DNA of 64,000 nucleotides, taken from the NCBI GenBank assembly GCA_051294375.1, contig CM119266.1:15403859-15467858 (forward strand). Reading direction: 5' to 3'. This stretch comes from Paraspadella gotoi (Eukaryota; Animalia; Chaetognatha). Position 1 is the first letter of the stretch, and every line of letters starts with the position of its first letter. The translations under genes were made by a program, and so were the position numbers. The notes beneath the pieces were generated by a model. It was given only the letters and a program-made list of their open reading frames with translations. It searched no databases and was not told where the DNA came from. Positions 12,532 to 27,771 of this stretch are shown here, piece after piece.

Positions 12532-14171
12532 CGCCACGACGACATTTTTTTTTATCGACGCGGCGGGAGGGGGCGGGAATATCGCAAGCGACAACGGGAA
12601 CCGACGCATGATAAACGCCACGAGGAGAATTCACGCGTACGCGATTACACGGACTCTATTGTTCGTCGCATAAAATGCGAGCGAGCGCGAGGATTCGTCC
12701 GCGTCAGACCTCGACATTCGATTAAGCAGTCACGAAAGTAGAAGGCGCCCGCCCACGTGATTGTGATGACGATTGCGTAACGAAGCGAGCGAGAGGAAAA
12801 GAGTTCACTCGGATTTTTCTTCTTTGCCGTTTTCTAATCTGATCTAGATGGCGCGGCGCTCCTTCTTTTTCTTGCACGCATTTTCCTCTTCGGATCCAAG
12901 TTGGCTAATTTTACCTTTTAGTCTTGCGAATCTGGAGAAGCAAAAAAAAAATCCTAAATTTGGACATCTATATTCTAACATTTCATTTTAAAGCCAATCT
13001 CCACCATAACATTAAACATTTAAGATAAACAAAATTTGATAAATTCAGTTATAGTTGATTTTTAACTGCTGAGATTTTTATTTCTCTTCTACTAAAAAAA
13101 AAATTTGGAAGAAAAGAAAGGAAGTAAGAAAGAGAGAATGTTGGCATGGTGACAATATCACCATAAAAATGTCCCTGGAGATTCCCGATTCTTTCTCTTA
13201 GAGAGCAAAGAGATAAAAAGAGGGTTGTTTAAAAAAAAAAAAAAGAAGAAAAGACAAAAAACTTGAAAAAAGCAGAAAAAGGAGGATTATAGAATAAGAA
13301 GATAAATTTAGTTTAATGAATTCATATCTATATAAATATAACCGAAACCGTCCCAAAATGCTAAAGAGTTAATCGACCTGTTTCAAAAAATTTAAAAACT
13401 ATAAGAATGTCCGTTCTCCATTAAGCCCCGGGATGTGAGGTTAAGGCAACTTGATACATCAATTTTGTTCCAAAGCCGGGGGCTTCCATCGGATCACCAC
13501 TAAAACTGAATGTTTCGCTTGTCGCTTCTTCTTCGTCGCTGGAGAGAGAGAGGATTTCGAATTAAGACTGAGAGAGAGAGAGATCAACTGTTGGCTAGAA
13601 ACAATATCGACGTCCAGACTGAGCCGCCTGATTTAAAAAAAATAAATGATTATACTAGTTCAGTTTACTCGAGTGGTAAAGGAAATTTTGGTTTCTTTCA
13701 GCAGTTGTTTTTAGATTCAAGTAAAAATTGTATTAGTGTTTTCACCTTCAATTTTTTAAGTTACAAATAATTCATTACTCATTCAAAAAATTCCCTATTT
13801 GAATATGTTTATTACTTTCGAATGTAAAATAAATTCCTTAAATCCACCAATGAAATTCCAGAAAAATATTTAGATTACTATAATATAAAGGCTTAACATT
13901 TTTAGAACCAAATTAACGCTGACCCGTGTTTTTGAACCGGAAAGAAATATCGGGTGTCTTGTTTTCGTTTGATCTTGCACCACGAACGCGACCAAAGTCT
14001 CGGCTTTAACGAAGACGCATTCTTGCGGCATCGATTTTCGATTCGCAGCCGCAAATTCACCTCAAGGACGAAGAAAGCGATAGATGGAACTGATGAAAAC
14101 GACCCGTTTCAAGGAGAGGGTAATGAAACGTAGATCCCGAAGCAATAAGTCAACGTGACAGCAGAAACTGT

Positions 14172-14265
<94 letters not shown>

Positions 14266-14904
14266 GTTCCAAACGGCGGAGAAAAATTAATGTGAGATAG
14301 GGAGGGGGAAAAATAGTCCGTGTATGGAAAAATTAGAATTACGTAAAACAGATGTCAGTGTTTGAGCGAATTTAATTAATCAAAAAGGAAAAAGGATTTT
14401 TTTCTTCTTTTGAGACAAAGAAAGTTATAATGTGGCAAAAAAAAAGTCTGCGGTTAAAGAAGGAAAATTCATGAAATTAACTTTTCGATTTTTCCTCCGA
14501 GGCAAATAAACTCATGTTCATTTTCTTTCTCTTCTCATTATCAGCTGTTGCTTGGTGAATTTTGAGCGATTCTTTGTAATCTTTCCACCTTCGTTACAAC
14601 GCGTTGTTCCAGAAGCTTTGTTATTACGTTGGAAAGGAAAAGGAAGTGAAATATGCAAATGAGTAAAGAAATCCTACACTTCGAATTAAAGAACCATAAA
14701 AAAAGTCTTTTAAGGAACATAAACCATCGTGAAAGAAAAGGAAAAGTCGAACGAGGAAAGAAAAAAAAAAGAAAGTTTTTATTGGAGTTCCCGTATCCAT
14801 TGAGCCTTTTCATGATTTAATTACCTCCCCTCGCGTTTTCAGAGATTTCGGAGATAGTAATCTCGTTTTCGCTCCCAACTTCTGTATTGGGAAGATATTT
14901 TGTT

Positions 14905-15888
14905 TATATTTCGGTTAAGAAAGTGACAACATTTGTAGCTAAACCTTTACTTTGTTCAGATTATGAAAATGTTTTATAAAATAAATGTGACCAAATTTTC
15001 GTTTTATATCGTCCCTCACGTGATTTATCTAATAACGGAAATATAATTTTCGGCCAATAAATTTCCTCCGGCCGACAAGACGTCTTCCTCAAAGTAGGAA
15101 GGAAGAGGAATTGGTCTAATTGCCTTATCTTCTTGTTTCGACTCTCTTTCCGAATTTCCCCTCTTTACTTTCTCCCTTACCACGTTCTCCTTTTTTTAAA
15201 CCCTCCCGTCTCTCACGTTACGCCTATTCGGTCCCGTTCGCTCATTGGCTGTGAGAATCTCGATGTAGTTCTCCTCGTTGATTGGCGGAATAAAACGTTA
15301 CGACCCATGACGTTGTCGACCCAAAAACGAGACGGCTCATTGCGAAAATTACAGCGAGTTCGCTCCTCATTGGCGAAACTGTTCCGCCAGGCGTATGCTT
15401 GTACGACGACCGTCCGGCGATTGGACGATTTTGCCCGAAATGCCTCGTCATCGGTCGGAGCCTCGACGCTCGAGGGCGCCGGATACTCAATAAGCCGATT
15501 CTCGTTGGTCCGAGGCTCGAGGATCTTCGCCCTGATTGGTCAAAATTGCTGCCCACGCCGTCAACGACCAGGAGAGAGTGAGTATTCTCTCCAACTGTTA
15601 TTCGTGTACTAAGCAAAGGGTGGATATTAAGCTCGCGGATATTTCTGCTCGCGCCAAATCGTTGTTTATTTGGATAAAAATCACGATAAAAAACAGGAAA
15701 AACAAAAATAAAAAAAATTAAAAAACGAAATGTAAAATCGAGAATCGGAAAATAAATTAACCCGACCTAATGAAAAACCTCACGAATCGAAAAGTGAAAA
15801 AACAGATTTCAAGACTCAAATTTATTTCCTCCCTTCATCGGTCTGTACGCCTTGCGTTAATGAGATTACGAGAATGAGAAAAAAAAGT

Positions 15889-15978
<90 letters not shown>

Positions 15979-17139
15979 TAGTTTTCACTTTTTGACAAAT
16001 TTCATCGTCTTTTTTTAAACGTTCGATCGTTTGACCTTAAAACTACTACTTTCTTCTTTTGGTTGTCTTCCTCGAGACCTAGACTGGAAGGAACCGTCGT
16101 CTGCTGTTATCGTTGTCTCTCCCCTAATTGTTCCTGCCCCGGACATTCCAAATCTTGTCAGTGAGAGTCTTTACGAGCCAATCAAAGGAGAGATGAGGAT
16201 GCAGAGAAAGAAGAGAGAGAGAGAGAGAGAGAGCAAAAAAACCTGTTCGGTGAGTCTTCGATTCGCCTTACCTACGCGAAGACAACTTTAATTCTCTCGT
16301 GCAGACGAATTAGAGATTTTTTCTCTCTTTTTTTTTCAGTTCAAAAAAATGCTGCTCTCGTGATTCATCCCTTCATTCTCCCGTCTCCCCTTCGAACAGC
16401 AATTGCATTGTGCTAAACGACAACTACGACCACAATAACTTTAAAAAAAAAAAATCCCACAAAAAAACCTCATCCTTTCGACGCGGCGAAACTAGAATTT
16501 TTTTTCCCCGGAGAAACAGCAAAACTGACAACACGGATTTAAGATCGTCGCCCGTTGGCCACAGAGAAAAAAAAAACAAAAAAAAACAGGTAATAAAAAA
16601 AAAATTGCGTGACGTTTGTATTATCGTAAAATTAGGCGAAATGTACGTAAAATTTAATAAGCGTTATACTTCATCACATCCTAATCGTTGATTGTCTGAT
16701 TGGTACATTCTCTGGTGAATGATTGGCTAAACTGTTCAAGTAAAGGCCGCCGGGAAGATGATAGTAGACCGATAAGCTTCGACTCTGTTTTTACTTTTCA
16801 ACCGGACTACATCAAAGATGAGAATGAACTCTAATCTAAACGGTGCCTCATTTGTTTTTTATCTTCGTCGGATTTTTTTTTTAATGGCGTTTTTTACTAT
16901 CTCTTTATTTTTTGGGATTTCTCCATTTTTNNNNNNNNNNNNNNNNNNNNNNNNNCATTTTCCGTTAGTATTTTTCACCAATTGTTTCTCTTATGATGCG
17001 ATATAAAAGTTGATACGAAAAAAAAGCTCTATTTTACTCTAGGTTATCTTCTCCGGCTCTGGGAAATAGAATATATGCATGAATTATATGAAATAAGTTG
17101 CTTTTACTTCCCTTTACCAATTTAACGCTCTCTCTCTCT

Positions 17140-17231
<92 letters not shown>

Positions 17232-17692
17232 TCAATCTGGGTCATAACCCAGAAGTACTTGGTCAAAGACTTTGACGCGACTATCTTACGACATTTCTCT
17301 CTCGACTTCCGTTCACCTCCCAGCTGGGCTTCCCTGATTTTTTCCTCGTTCTTCGCATTCCAGGTTCACGCTTTGTCAAGCCTATGAGAGACGTGAACTT
17401 CTCTGGCTTCTCTCTTTCTCTCTCCGTTCTTCTCTACCTCTCTCTCTCTCTCTTCTCTTCTCTCTCTATCTACCTATCTCCTTTGTCTCTTTTCTTTTTT
17501 CTGTTTCTTTCTTTCTCTTTCGCGTCTCTCCTTCTTCTCTCTCTCGTCTCTTCTCTCTCTCTACTCCTCTCTCTCTCATCTCTCTCTCTCTTCTCTCTCT
17601 CTTCCTCTCTCTCCACTCCCTCCCTATCTCCTTTTCTCTTTTTCTTTTTTTCTGTTTCTTTTCTATCTTTTCTGTTTCTTTCTTTCTCTTCC

Positions 17693-17746
<54 letters not shown>

Positions 17747-20700
17747 CTCTCTCTCCTTGGCGTTTGCCTTCAACAATGGCGTCCTATGGCGCGGGAATGT
17801 TTTCGTCGGCGGCGTTATGAGCACATTAATGACTCGTGAAGGAAAATGACTTGCGTCGCCTAAGAAAGCGAAACGTGAGAGAGAAAAGAAAGCAAAGAAA
17901 CCAGAGCGTGCGACAAGGCGCAACTTTTCTCTGCCGCTGTGGACCCGACTGCCTGTGGTTGTTGTTGCCTTTCCTTCCTCGGACGCCCCTCTGGCGTTGT
18001 TTGCTTGTTTTCGTCGACATGCTATCAGATAGCCATTGAAAAGTTGGATTTTTAAAAAAGAAAGTTTTTTGAGGCGCGATCCGTACCTGACGGAGTGAAT
18101 GGCACTGAACTCCAAGGAATCGCAACGGACGGCAAGGACAGACCGTTCGAACTGACGGACGGACGGCGCTTCGCCATATTCTAAGGAAAATGCCGTTTGG
18201 TTTTTTTCTCTTTTCCCACGCACGACAATAACGTCCAAGTGTTTTCGCCCATTTGATCGGCGTAGTCGTCGCCACACGACAAAGATCTTCTCTTTTTTTT
18301 TTCACGTGTCGAAGCCATGAGAGACGTGAACTTCTCTGAGCTTCTCTCTTTCTCTCTCCGTCTCTCTACCTCTCTCTCTCTCTTTCTCTTTCTCTCTCTA
18401 TCNNNNNNNNNNNNNNNNNNNNNNNNNTATATTTCCGGTATTAAAGAAAGTTGACAACATTTTGTAGGCTAAACCTTTAACTTTTGTTCAGAATTTAATG
18501 AAAAGCATGTTTTAATAAAATAAATGTGACCAGAAAATTTTTCGTTTATTCGTCCCTCACTGATTTATCTAATAACGGAGAAACTATATTATTCTCGGTC
18601 CAATAAAATTTCCTCCGGCCGACGCGAGACGTCTTCCCTCAAAGTAGGAAGGAGAGGAAATGGTTCTAATCTGCCCTATCTTCTTGTTTCGACTTCTCTT
18701 TCCGTAATTTCCCCTTCTCTTTAATTTCTTCCCTTACCTGACGTTCTCCTTCTTTTTAAACCCTCACCGTCTCTCACGTTTACGCTAATTAGTCCCGTGT
18801 CGCCCTTCATTGGCTGTGAGAATTCTCGAATGATAGTTCTCCTCGGTCTTGATTGGCGAAATAAACAACGTTTACGACGCACATGACGTTGTCCCGAACC
18901 CAAAAACGAGGACGGCTCTCATTGCGGAAAATACAGCGAAGCTTCGCCCTCATTGGCCGAAACTGTTCCGCCAAGTGGCTAGTATGACTTGTACGCGACC
19001 CGTTCCAGAGCGCATTGGCACGATTTGCCCGACAATGCCCTCGTCATACGGGTCGGACCTCGACGCTGAGGGGCGCGCGGCATGCGCGACTCAATAAGCC
19101 GATTCTCGTTGGGTCCGAGCGCTCGAGATCTTTCGCCGCTGATTTGGTCAAAATTGCTGCCCACGCCGCTCAACGACCAGGGAGAGATGATGAGTATATT
19201 CTCTCCAAGACCCACTGTATTTTGTACTTAACGCAAAAGGCGCTGGAAAGTGGGAATAATACTACAACGAGACTATATCATTCGGTTATTGAATATTTCT
19301 GCTCGCGCCAAATCGCTTGTCTGTATCATTTGGAAGGATGATAAAAATCACGATAAAAACAAGAAAAACAAAAATAAAAACAATAACAAAAAAACGAAAT
19401 GTAAAATCGGAGGCAATGGAACCCCTGGTATATAATAAAATTATAACCGACTCCATGCCTAAATAAGAAACCCTCACAATTCGGAAAAATGAAAAGAAAT
19501 AAGAAAAAACAGATTTTCGAAGCACTCAATTTATTTCCCTCCTTCCATCTGATGGCTGTACCGTGTCGCGTGGTCTCCATGGTCTTTGGGCGTTAAATGA
19601 GATTACGAGAATGAGAAAAAAAGTTGGGGTTGAGACAAATTGTGAGAGAGGAGAGAGAGAGAGAGATAGAGAGATGGGAAGAGAAGGAGAGAGTCGAGAG
19701 AGAGGAGAGAGGAAGAGAGAGAGAATGTAAGTTTTCACTTTTTGGACAATATTTCATCGTCCTTTTTTTTAAACGTGTCGGATCGTTCTTTGACCTTCTT
19801 TTAAACTACTATCTTTCTTCTTTTGGTTGGGTCTCCTCGAGGAGAGGAGAGAGAAGACTCGAGAGAGAGGGAGAGATGAGAGAGAGAGGTAGAGAGCAGA
19901 TGAGGAGAGGGAGAGAGAAGAGAAGAGGGGAGGAAGGAGAGACAAAAAACCTGTTCGGTGGAGTCTTTCGATTCCGCCTTACCTACGCGAAGACAACTTT
20001 CCTTTAATTTCTCTCGTGCAGACGAAAAATTAGAGAGATTTCTCTTTCTTTTTCAGTTTTTCAAAAAAATGACTGCTCTGCTCTCGTGATTCATTCCCTC
20101 ATCTCTCCCGTCTCCCCTATTCGAAACAGGCAATTGCATTAGTGCTAAACGACAACTACGATCCACAATTAACTTTTATTAAAAAAAAAAAGATCCCACA
20201 AAAAAAAACCTTCTCCTTCGACGCGGAGCCGCCGCGAGAAACTAAAATTTTTTTTCCCGAGAGCCGGAGAAGAAACAGCAACTGAGCAACACGGATCATT
20301 TAAGATCGTCTCGCCCGTGGCCACAGAGAAAAAAAAAACACCAAAAAAAAAAAAAAACAGGGCGGCTAATAAAAAAAAAAATTTTCGTTGACAGTTTGTA
20401 TTATCGTTAAAATTAGTCGCGAAATAGTACGTACAAATTTAATAAGCGTCTATACCTTCATCACATCCTAATCGTTGATTGTCTGATTGGTACATTCTCT
20501 GGTTTGAACTGATTGGCCTAAACTGTTCAAGTAAATGGCCGCCTGGCGAAGGATGATAGCTAGACCTGATAAGCTTTCGACTCTGTTTTTACTTTTCCAA
20601 ACCGGATCTACATCAAAGATGCAGACATGAACTCTAAACTCTAAAACGGTCTGCCTCATTTGTTTTTTATCTTCGTCGGATTTTTTTTTTAATTGGCGTT

Positions 20701-20923
20701 TCTTTACTATCTCTTTATTTTTGGGATTTCTCCATTTTTCATTTTCCGTTAGTATTTTTCACCAATTGTTTCTCTTATGATGCGATATAAAAGTTGATAC
20801 GAAAAAAAAGCTCTATTTTACTCTAGGTTATCTTCTCCGGCTCTGGGAAATAGAATATATGCATGAATTATATGAAATAAGTTGCTTTTACTTCCCTTTA
20901 CCAATTTAACGCTCTCTCTCTCT

Positions 20924-21015
<92 letters not shown>

Positions 21016-21503
21016 TCAATCTGGGTCATAACCCAGAAGTACTTGGTCAAAGACTTTGACGCGACTATCTTACGACATTTCTCTCTCGACTTCCGTTCAC
21101 CTCCCAGCTGGGCTTCCCTGATTTTTTCCTCGTTCTTCGCATTCCAGGTTCACGCTTTGTCAAGCCTATGAGAGACGTGAACTTCTCTGGCTTCTCTCTT
21201 TCTCTCTCCGTTCTTCTCTACCTCTCTCTCTCTCTCTTCTCTTCTCTCTCTATCTACCTATCTCCTTTGTCTCTTTTCTTTTTTCTGTTTCTTTCTTTCT
21301 CTTTCGCGTCTCTCTCTCTCTCTATCTCTCTTGCTCTCTCTGCTAGCTCCTACTGCATCTCTCTGCTCTCTCTCTCTTCGGTCTCTCTCTCTCTCTCTCT
21401 CACCTCCCTCCGCCTATCTCCTTTGGTCTCTTTTTCTTTTTTCTGTTATCTTTCTATCTTTTCTGTTTCTTTCTTTCTTCTCTTCTACGTTTCTCTTACT
21501 TCT

Positions 21504-21553
<50 letters not shown>

Positions 21554-22032
21554 TGGCGTTTGCCTTCAACAATGGCGTCCTTGGCGGGGAATGTTCGTCG
21601 GCGGGTTATGAGACATTTAATGACTCGTTGAAGGAAAGACTGCGTCGCCTAAGAAAGGAAACGTGAGAGAGAAAAGAAAGAAAGAAACCAGAGCGTGCGA
21701 AAGGCGCAACTTCTCTGCGCGTGACCGACTGCTGTGGTTGTTGTTGTCCTTTCCTTCCTCGGACGCCCTCTGGTTGTTTGCTTGTTTCGTCGACATGCGA
21801 CGATAGCATTGAAAGAGTGGATTTTTAAAAAAAGTTTTGGAGGCGGACGTACTGAGGGAGTGAATGGACTGAACTAAGGAATCGAACGGACGGAAGGACA
21901 GACCGTCGGACTGACGGACGGACGGCGTCGATATTCTAAGAAAATGCGTTGGTTTTTTCTTTCGCGACGACAATAACGTCCAAGTGGTTTTCCGCCCATT
22001 TTGATCGGCGTAGTCGTCGCCAACGACCAAAG
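14905..22032. repeat. ~3.4-kb tandem duplication (14905-~18283 and 18428-~22032) around two 25-N gaps; probable gap-filling/assembly artefact
   Basis: Copies align throughout. 16956-~17530 appears identical to ~20740-21310, while the remainder differs mostly by dense 1-2 nt indels. Third partial copy at 18312-18402. N runs at 16931-16955 and 18403-18427. Confidence 0.85.
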
Positions 22033-22532
22033 TCGAATCCCATGAAAAGAAAATAATATCTTTCCGGTTTTTCTTTGACGTTAGCGATTCTCCGCCCCCC
22101 ACAATCACGACCCCCGCTCCCTGTCAAAGAATTTGGGGCAATCCACGAGAAAAGTGGAACAATCGAATATCGTTATTCAGAAAATAATGATGTTGTGAGC
22201 GGCATTGCAGAAAGAGAGAGAGAGAGAGAAAAGAGAGAAGGAGGGGGAAGAAAGATAGAGAGAAAGTGAGAGACTAAGTCAAGGGCGAGGTCGTACCAGA
22301 AACATTCGCGACGAAAGAAATCAGATTTTTTTCATCCGTCCTCTCTCTCTCTCTCTCTCTCTTCTCTCTATCTCTCTCTCTCTCCTCTCTCTCTCCTCGA
22401 TGATCCGATTTCGTCTACAGAAAATAGAAAAGAAAACAGAACGAGTCGAAAGGATCACATAAGAAAGAGAATCACGGTTGACCTCCAAAGCACTCATTTT
22501 TTCCCTTCTTTTTCCCTTTTTCTCTCAACCCC

Positions 22533-22617
<85 letters not shown>

Positions 22618-24027
22618 GTCTTTATCGTGCTCGTTTTTTTTTTTATTTTTTTGTTCTGATTTCTTTCACTCAGTGACTCTCTCTATATATCTCTCCCTCC
22701 CATCCGCCGGAATAGCCTGGCTTAAAATGCTATTTTGTGGGAATTATATGGGGGAATGGTCGCTTTATCCTGATTGATTCTTAGAGAACGACGATAACGT
22801 TTGTTCGTTTGTATTAAAAACTTTCGACGGGGAGAAATGCGTCCGTTTTTAAAAAAATAAATGAGGCTAATCTTAACCCGATTAAGTCAAAACACCTGCG
22901 ATTACTATAAAACGAGAAAAAAAAAACAACGGCTTTTCAGTTATATGGAACAACCGCGCGGATACAAGTGGAAAATTTCTTCTTTTTTGTGTGTATGTAT
23001 GAAAGTGACGTGTGTGGAAACCTCAAAAGGCTGAAAAAAGGAGGTTGACGGTTAGTTTGAATATTCAAAAACTGGCGATGAAAAAAAGGGAAGGAGCCCC
23101 GGTTACAATAACCTTTACCAGGTTCTCCTTTGGGAATTTCTCTCTTTATATAATCTCTCTCTCTTTCTTTCTCTTTCTTTCTGCGTGCCAATCAAACCGT
23201 TTACTTTTTTTCAAAAAAGTTAAAACGTCTCAGAGAAAGACTTAGTAGTTAGTACGGTAATCCGCTTCGAGGTAAAATATATTTTGAGTAAACTTCTATA
23301 AAACTAATTAATCTAACGGTTTTTTTCCCGGTCGCTGCGAATTTAAGCTAGAAAGAGGCAATAAAGCAAAGGACTCGGTAATGAGCAATTGAGAATTCTG
23401 CGAGACATTCATCTCTTTCTGCTTCACCCTCTACTCTCACACTCCGCTCCCTTTCTACCCTCTATCTTTCCACATTCTCTCGACATTTTTCATTATACTT
23501 TCTATCTCTTCCTCCTCATTATCTCTATCATCACTCCTTCGCCTTCATCACTTCCTCTCCTCACTTTTTCCCATTACATCCTTCCCTACATCAATTCTTC
23601 TTTTTCCCCTTTGCTCTAAACCAGCTCTTCGCCATTTTATCCCCAGCGCTTCTCTTCCGCGTTTTCACTCTAGAGAGTTCCCTCCCGTCTCTTGCGGATC
23701 CCTCGTCCAAAAAAAAACCTTTCGCTTTCTATTTTCTTTATTTCTGTACTTTCTGTCTCTCTTTCTGTCCTCATTTTTCTCATCTTCCGCTCGCTTGTCA
23801 TTTCTATCACTCTTCCGTTCTCTTCTCATCCTCCCCTTTTTCAATTCCCGACTCTTATTCTTTGTCTCTTCCCCTTTTTTCCATCAGCTTCTGGTAATTG
23901 CATTGCGAAGCTTCTTGTATTCTTCGTCCCTTTAATTCCTCCTTCCTCTTCACATTTTCCTCTATTTTCATTTTCTTCTCCCTTTTAGACGTAATTCTAG
24001 GCTAGCTTGCTTGCTTTCTTTTTTCTC

Positions 24028-24066
<39 letters not shown>

Positions 24067-24075
24067 TCTCTCTCT

Positions 24076-24167
<92 letters not shown>

Positions 24168-25039
24168 ACCTCTCCCTCTCCACTCTTCTCTCCATTCCAT
24201 TCCTTCCGCGTGAATAAAATCCCTATAAACATTTTATCCGCTGGCGACGGGAGCTTTTATTTTCGATTCGGCGCCTTTGAATTTAACCATCGATAGTTAT
24301 CCATCGACCGATTTCCTGTTCGACGCTCAACGTTCCAATTTTCCTCTTTTTCTCCGCGAATTATTTAATTTTTTTCCCTCTTTTCTCGTCGGACGCCTGC
24401 TTCACATTCATCATCGCCCGTTCGCCTTCCGCGCATTTTCCTCACCGACTCTCTCGCTATTTATTTGCTAGTTGCCACTCGTCTTTCGCTTTCTTTGCCA
24501 CAATCCTCTTTTCACCAAATGCGTTGTTTTTGTTGACATTCTCTCCGCTCGCCTTATCCTTCCTTTCCGCGCTATCGGTTCCATTTCGAATGGAGTCAAA
24601 CTCCCAGTGACACCGTTCATCCCATCCTTTCGCGTCATAAAGGGGAAATAGCGCGTCGTTGCCACCGTTTGCCAAACATTTGTCGGTAACGTGATCCGCC
24701 GGCGTCGCTACCGTCGAGTAGCGTGCACAGAGGCACCTATCGGGGACTCTATACACGATGTTATCCGTTTCTACCGATAACGTCGCAAATTTCATCGTCA
24801 TTTACGCTAGATTTTACTCCACATCTTGGACGACGCCGCGAATATCGTCTCTCATCGACACCGCCATTTTTATCGGGCGCCGTCGTCGTTGCTGGCTCCA
24901 TTTGCGTCGCACTCGATTCTCGACTTCACCGAATTACTTGATCGCGGCGTCATTGACGCCGATTTTCTTTCAACACTGATATCCGTCAAGTCGCCGAGCT
25001 GTTCTTCCTTTTTTCTCTGCTTTGTGCTCCCTTTTGACG

Positions 25040-25230
25040 CCACACTGTTATCCCGCTTTTCACGGTGCTGTTCTCACTCTAATCAAGGCGCTGTTCTCAC
25101 TCTTCTCACGGCGCTGTTCTCCTTCTATTCGCGGTGCGGTTATCCTTCTATTCGCGGCGCTGTTCTCCTTCCATTCGCGGTGCTGTTATCCTACTTTTCA
25201 CGGCGCTGCTCTCTATCTTTTCGCGCGCTG
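25040..25230. repeat. 23-bp minisatellite (~8 diverged units, consensus approx. CRCGGYGCTGTTMTCCTTCTATT)
   Basis: Units such as cacggtgctgttctcactctaat / cacggcgctgttctccttctatt / cgcggcgctgttctccttccatt. Confidence 0.9.
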
Positions 25231-26995
25231 TGAAAAATCGATGGTGAAAAAGCAGAATCAGGTGGCGCGAGAGACGAAGGCGACGATCAAACGTTTTTAA
25301 TACAAATTGTATGAATGAGATTTGATGACGTCCGAAAAACAACGAATAAAATAAATTTTATAGTTTTCAACGTAAAAAAATTAACGTTTTATTTTTGACA
25401 ACCTGAAAGAAAAATAACGTGTTTCTCTGACTGTGATATCTTCCGCTACTGTGTTGATTACAATAACAAAATCGAGACGGAGCACTTTAAGAAACCCCAG
25501 TACTTATCGATAACCAATGCCGGGTCAAGAGTGAAGAGCGTTTGGAGTGTTTTGGGTCATCCTCCTCCTCATCCTCCTTCGGTGGTCAGATCGTTGAAAA
25601 GCGAAAAAAAAACAACCTCGTTTCTCATCCACTTTGATCATTAGTCATTTAGTCGCCGGTCTCAATCGTTAACTCATTAAGCGTCGCTGATAAAGTTGAA
25701 CTTTATAAAAGACAATAAAATGATTCATTTACTTTGCATTGCAAGGATCGTTGGCTGCCCCTGTGACCTCGTGTGAGTCTAGCGGGTAGTTCTAATAGGC
25801 CCTGTAGGGAGGCGTAGAGAATTTATTGTTTTCAAAGCAAGTAGCAACGTCGAAAAAGTTTTATTTTATTCCATTGTATAAGAAAATGATTGAGGACGCG
25901 CTTTTTTATTTTTGATAAGGGCGCGCAAGCTTTATGCATTAAAAATGACGCGAGCGCCGACCGTTAGCGAAAATTCTTTCGACTGATCACGTGATTGACT
26001 CTTGTTTTCCAACATTCGCTATAACTTTTTCGTGCTTTGTATTATTTTCCGGTAGAAACCGCGGAACTGCGAAAGGTTGTCAAGAAATTGTCGGATGGAT
26101 TTCTGGGAAATGTTTTCGTCTGATTGGGAATTTAATATTGTTTTGGTTCCAGTCAGATTTGCGTCTTTTTTTCGAACAGATGGAGGGATTCGTTCGTGAC
26201 GAACTGTTTCTTTTTTTTGTTTTTAGAAAACAGAGGGCTCGTTTGTTTTGATCGCATGTGAATGCAAAGAAAATCTTCATCTCGCAAATTCCTCCCTTGT
26301 TTTTAATCATACCGTTTTGTTGTGGAAAACAAATCATTCCCTCGCCACTAATAAACATATTACCAAATGTGGCATCACTGTGGCCAGATCTTGAAAACGT
26401 CTTTTTTTCCCCGTCGGCCTCGAAAATGGAAGCGTCAAAATAAACCAGCTTTGAGATGTTGTATAGAAGCCCGAGACCCTCTTCTTTACTGATACTTACT
26501 TTGTAATATACAACTTGAGCTACCGATTTTGAGAGCCTCAAAATGAGACGGCTAAGTTTTTGTAATACTTTTCTGCAAAATTCATTCAAATGTTGACCAT
26601 TTGTTTACGTTTAGAACTAATCTACCAGCATCGTTTCTTTCCAACACAAAAAAAAAAAATCCAATTCATCGTACGCAAATTTTCACAACAGCAAGTTCTT
26701 CGCTTCTGGCAACACAACACTTAACCTAAACCACAACACTCGTTCTTTGTCTGCTTTTCGATGAGTTCCGATCCGCGTTCCACATTTTCCGTTTCAGCCA
26801 ATTCCGACTCGCCCCCGTCCCCTCCCCTTCTTTTTTTTTCCGGCCCAGAAAAAAAAAAGATTTAATTTCTTGGCATCGATTTTCCTTCTTTCTCTTTTGA
26901 TTTTTATGAGCTAATCTTTCCCTCCTTTTTTTTGTTGTCTTCTATCTCACTCTTCCCTCCGCATGAGCGGAATACAATGCGAAGTTACCCGTTTT

Positions 26996-27048
<53 letters not shown>

Positions 27049-27771
27049 CAATAGCTGACAGGGAGAAGAGAAAGACGCAGACAGATGTAATGTAATGTGA
27101 TAATATCACGATTTTTTTTTTATCATGTTTTTTTTCTGATCATCAGTTTTCTTCACTATATCATCTATTCATAGTTAAAAACATAGAAATTTTAAAAACA
27201 AAATCAAGAGTTGGTTAGGGTTCTTGGCCACAAAAAGAAAGTTTTATTCACGCTTGATCACTAACAGGCAAATCTCATCTGACTAGAAACAAATTTTAAT
27301 TATTTTACGCGTCGGCGTGGGATTAGATATTGGGTGCGCCTACGTAGTTCGCAGTAAAAATGGTAAAACTGGGTGTGAACCCTGTGTGAAGTCAAGGAAC
27401 CGAGAGATTCGTTTGAACGGGATTGGAAAAAAATGAGTTTCGCGGGTGAAGAGGCTGAATAATGGATCGATAGTGGATCAGAGTGGATCGAGAAATTCAC
27501 CGCCGTTCGAGGTCGCCCTTGAAATGGCTTTTTGCTGTCGTTGTTGTTCTCGTTTAGAAAATTCTAGTTTTAACGCAGATCCTGAGACGGGCGCCATACT
27601 TCGACAATGTGGAAGTGGTCGATCGACTCGCAGTCATCACACTCAAGCCAAAATTAATGTGTATTTGATGTAATTAGTTTGCACGGTTAGAATTTAATGA
27701 ATTCCATTAATCCAAAATCAGGTACTCTGGGAGTAAATAAACGAGACTATGAGAGAGTCTGTGTGAGTGAC

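Noticed and set aside
13420-13545. Minus-strand terminal exon-like segment (DEEEATSETFSFSGDPMEAPGFG...)
   Set aside because: An acceptor is present but I could not link phase-compatible upstream exons or any homology.
14520-14610. Homeodomain-like peptide KNRSKFTKQQL on the minus strand
   Set aside because: The frame stops a few codons later with no splice donor and no helix 3 motif; likely chance.
15133-15612. 159-aa ORF in a GC-rich, CCAAT/ATTGG-rich block
   Set aside because: No recognisable domain or exon structure; may be regulatory or repetitive, and it lies in the suspect duplication.
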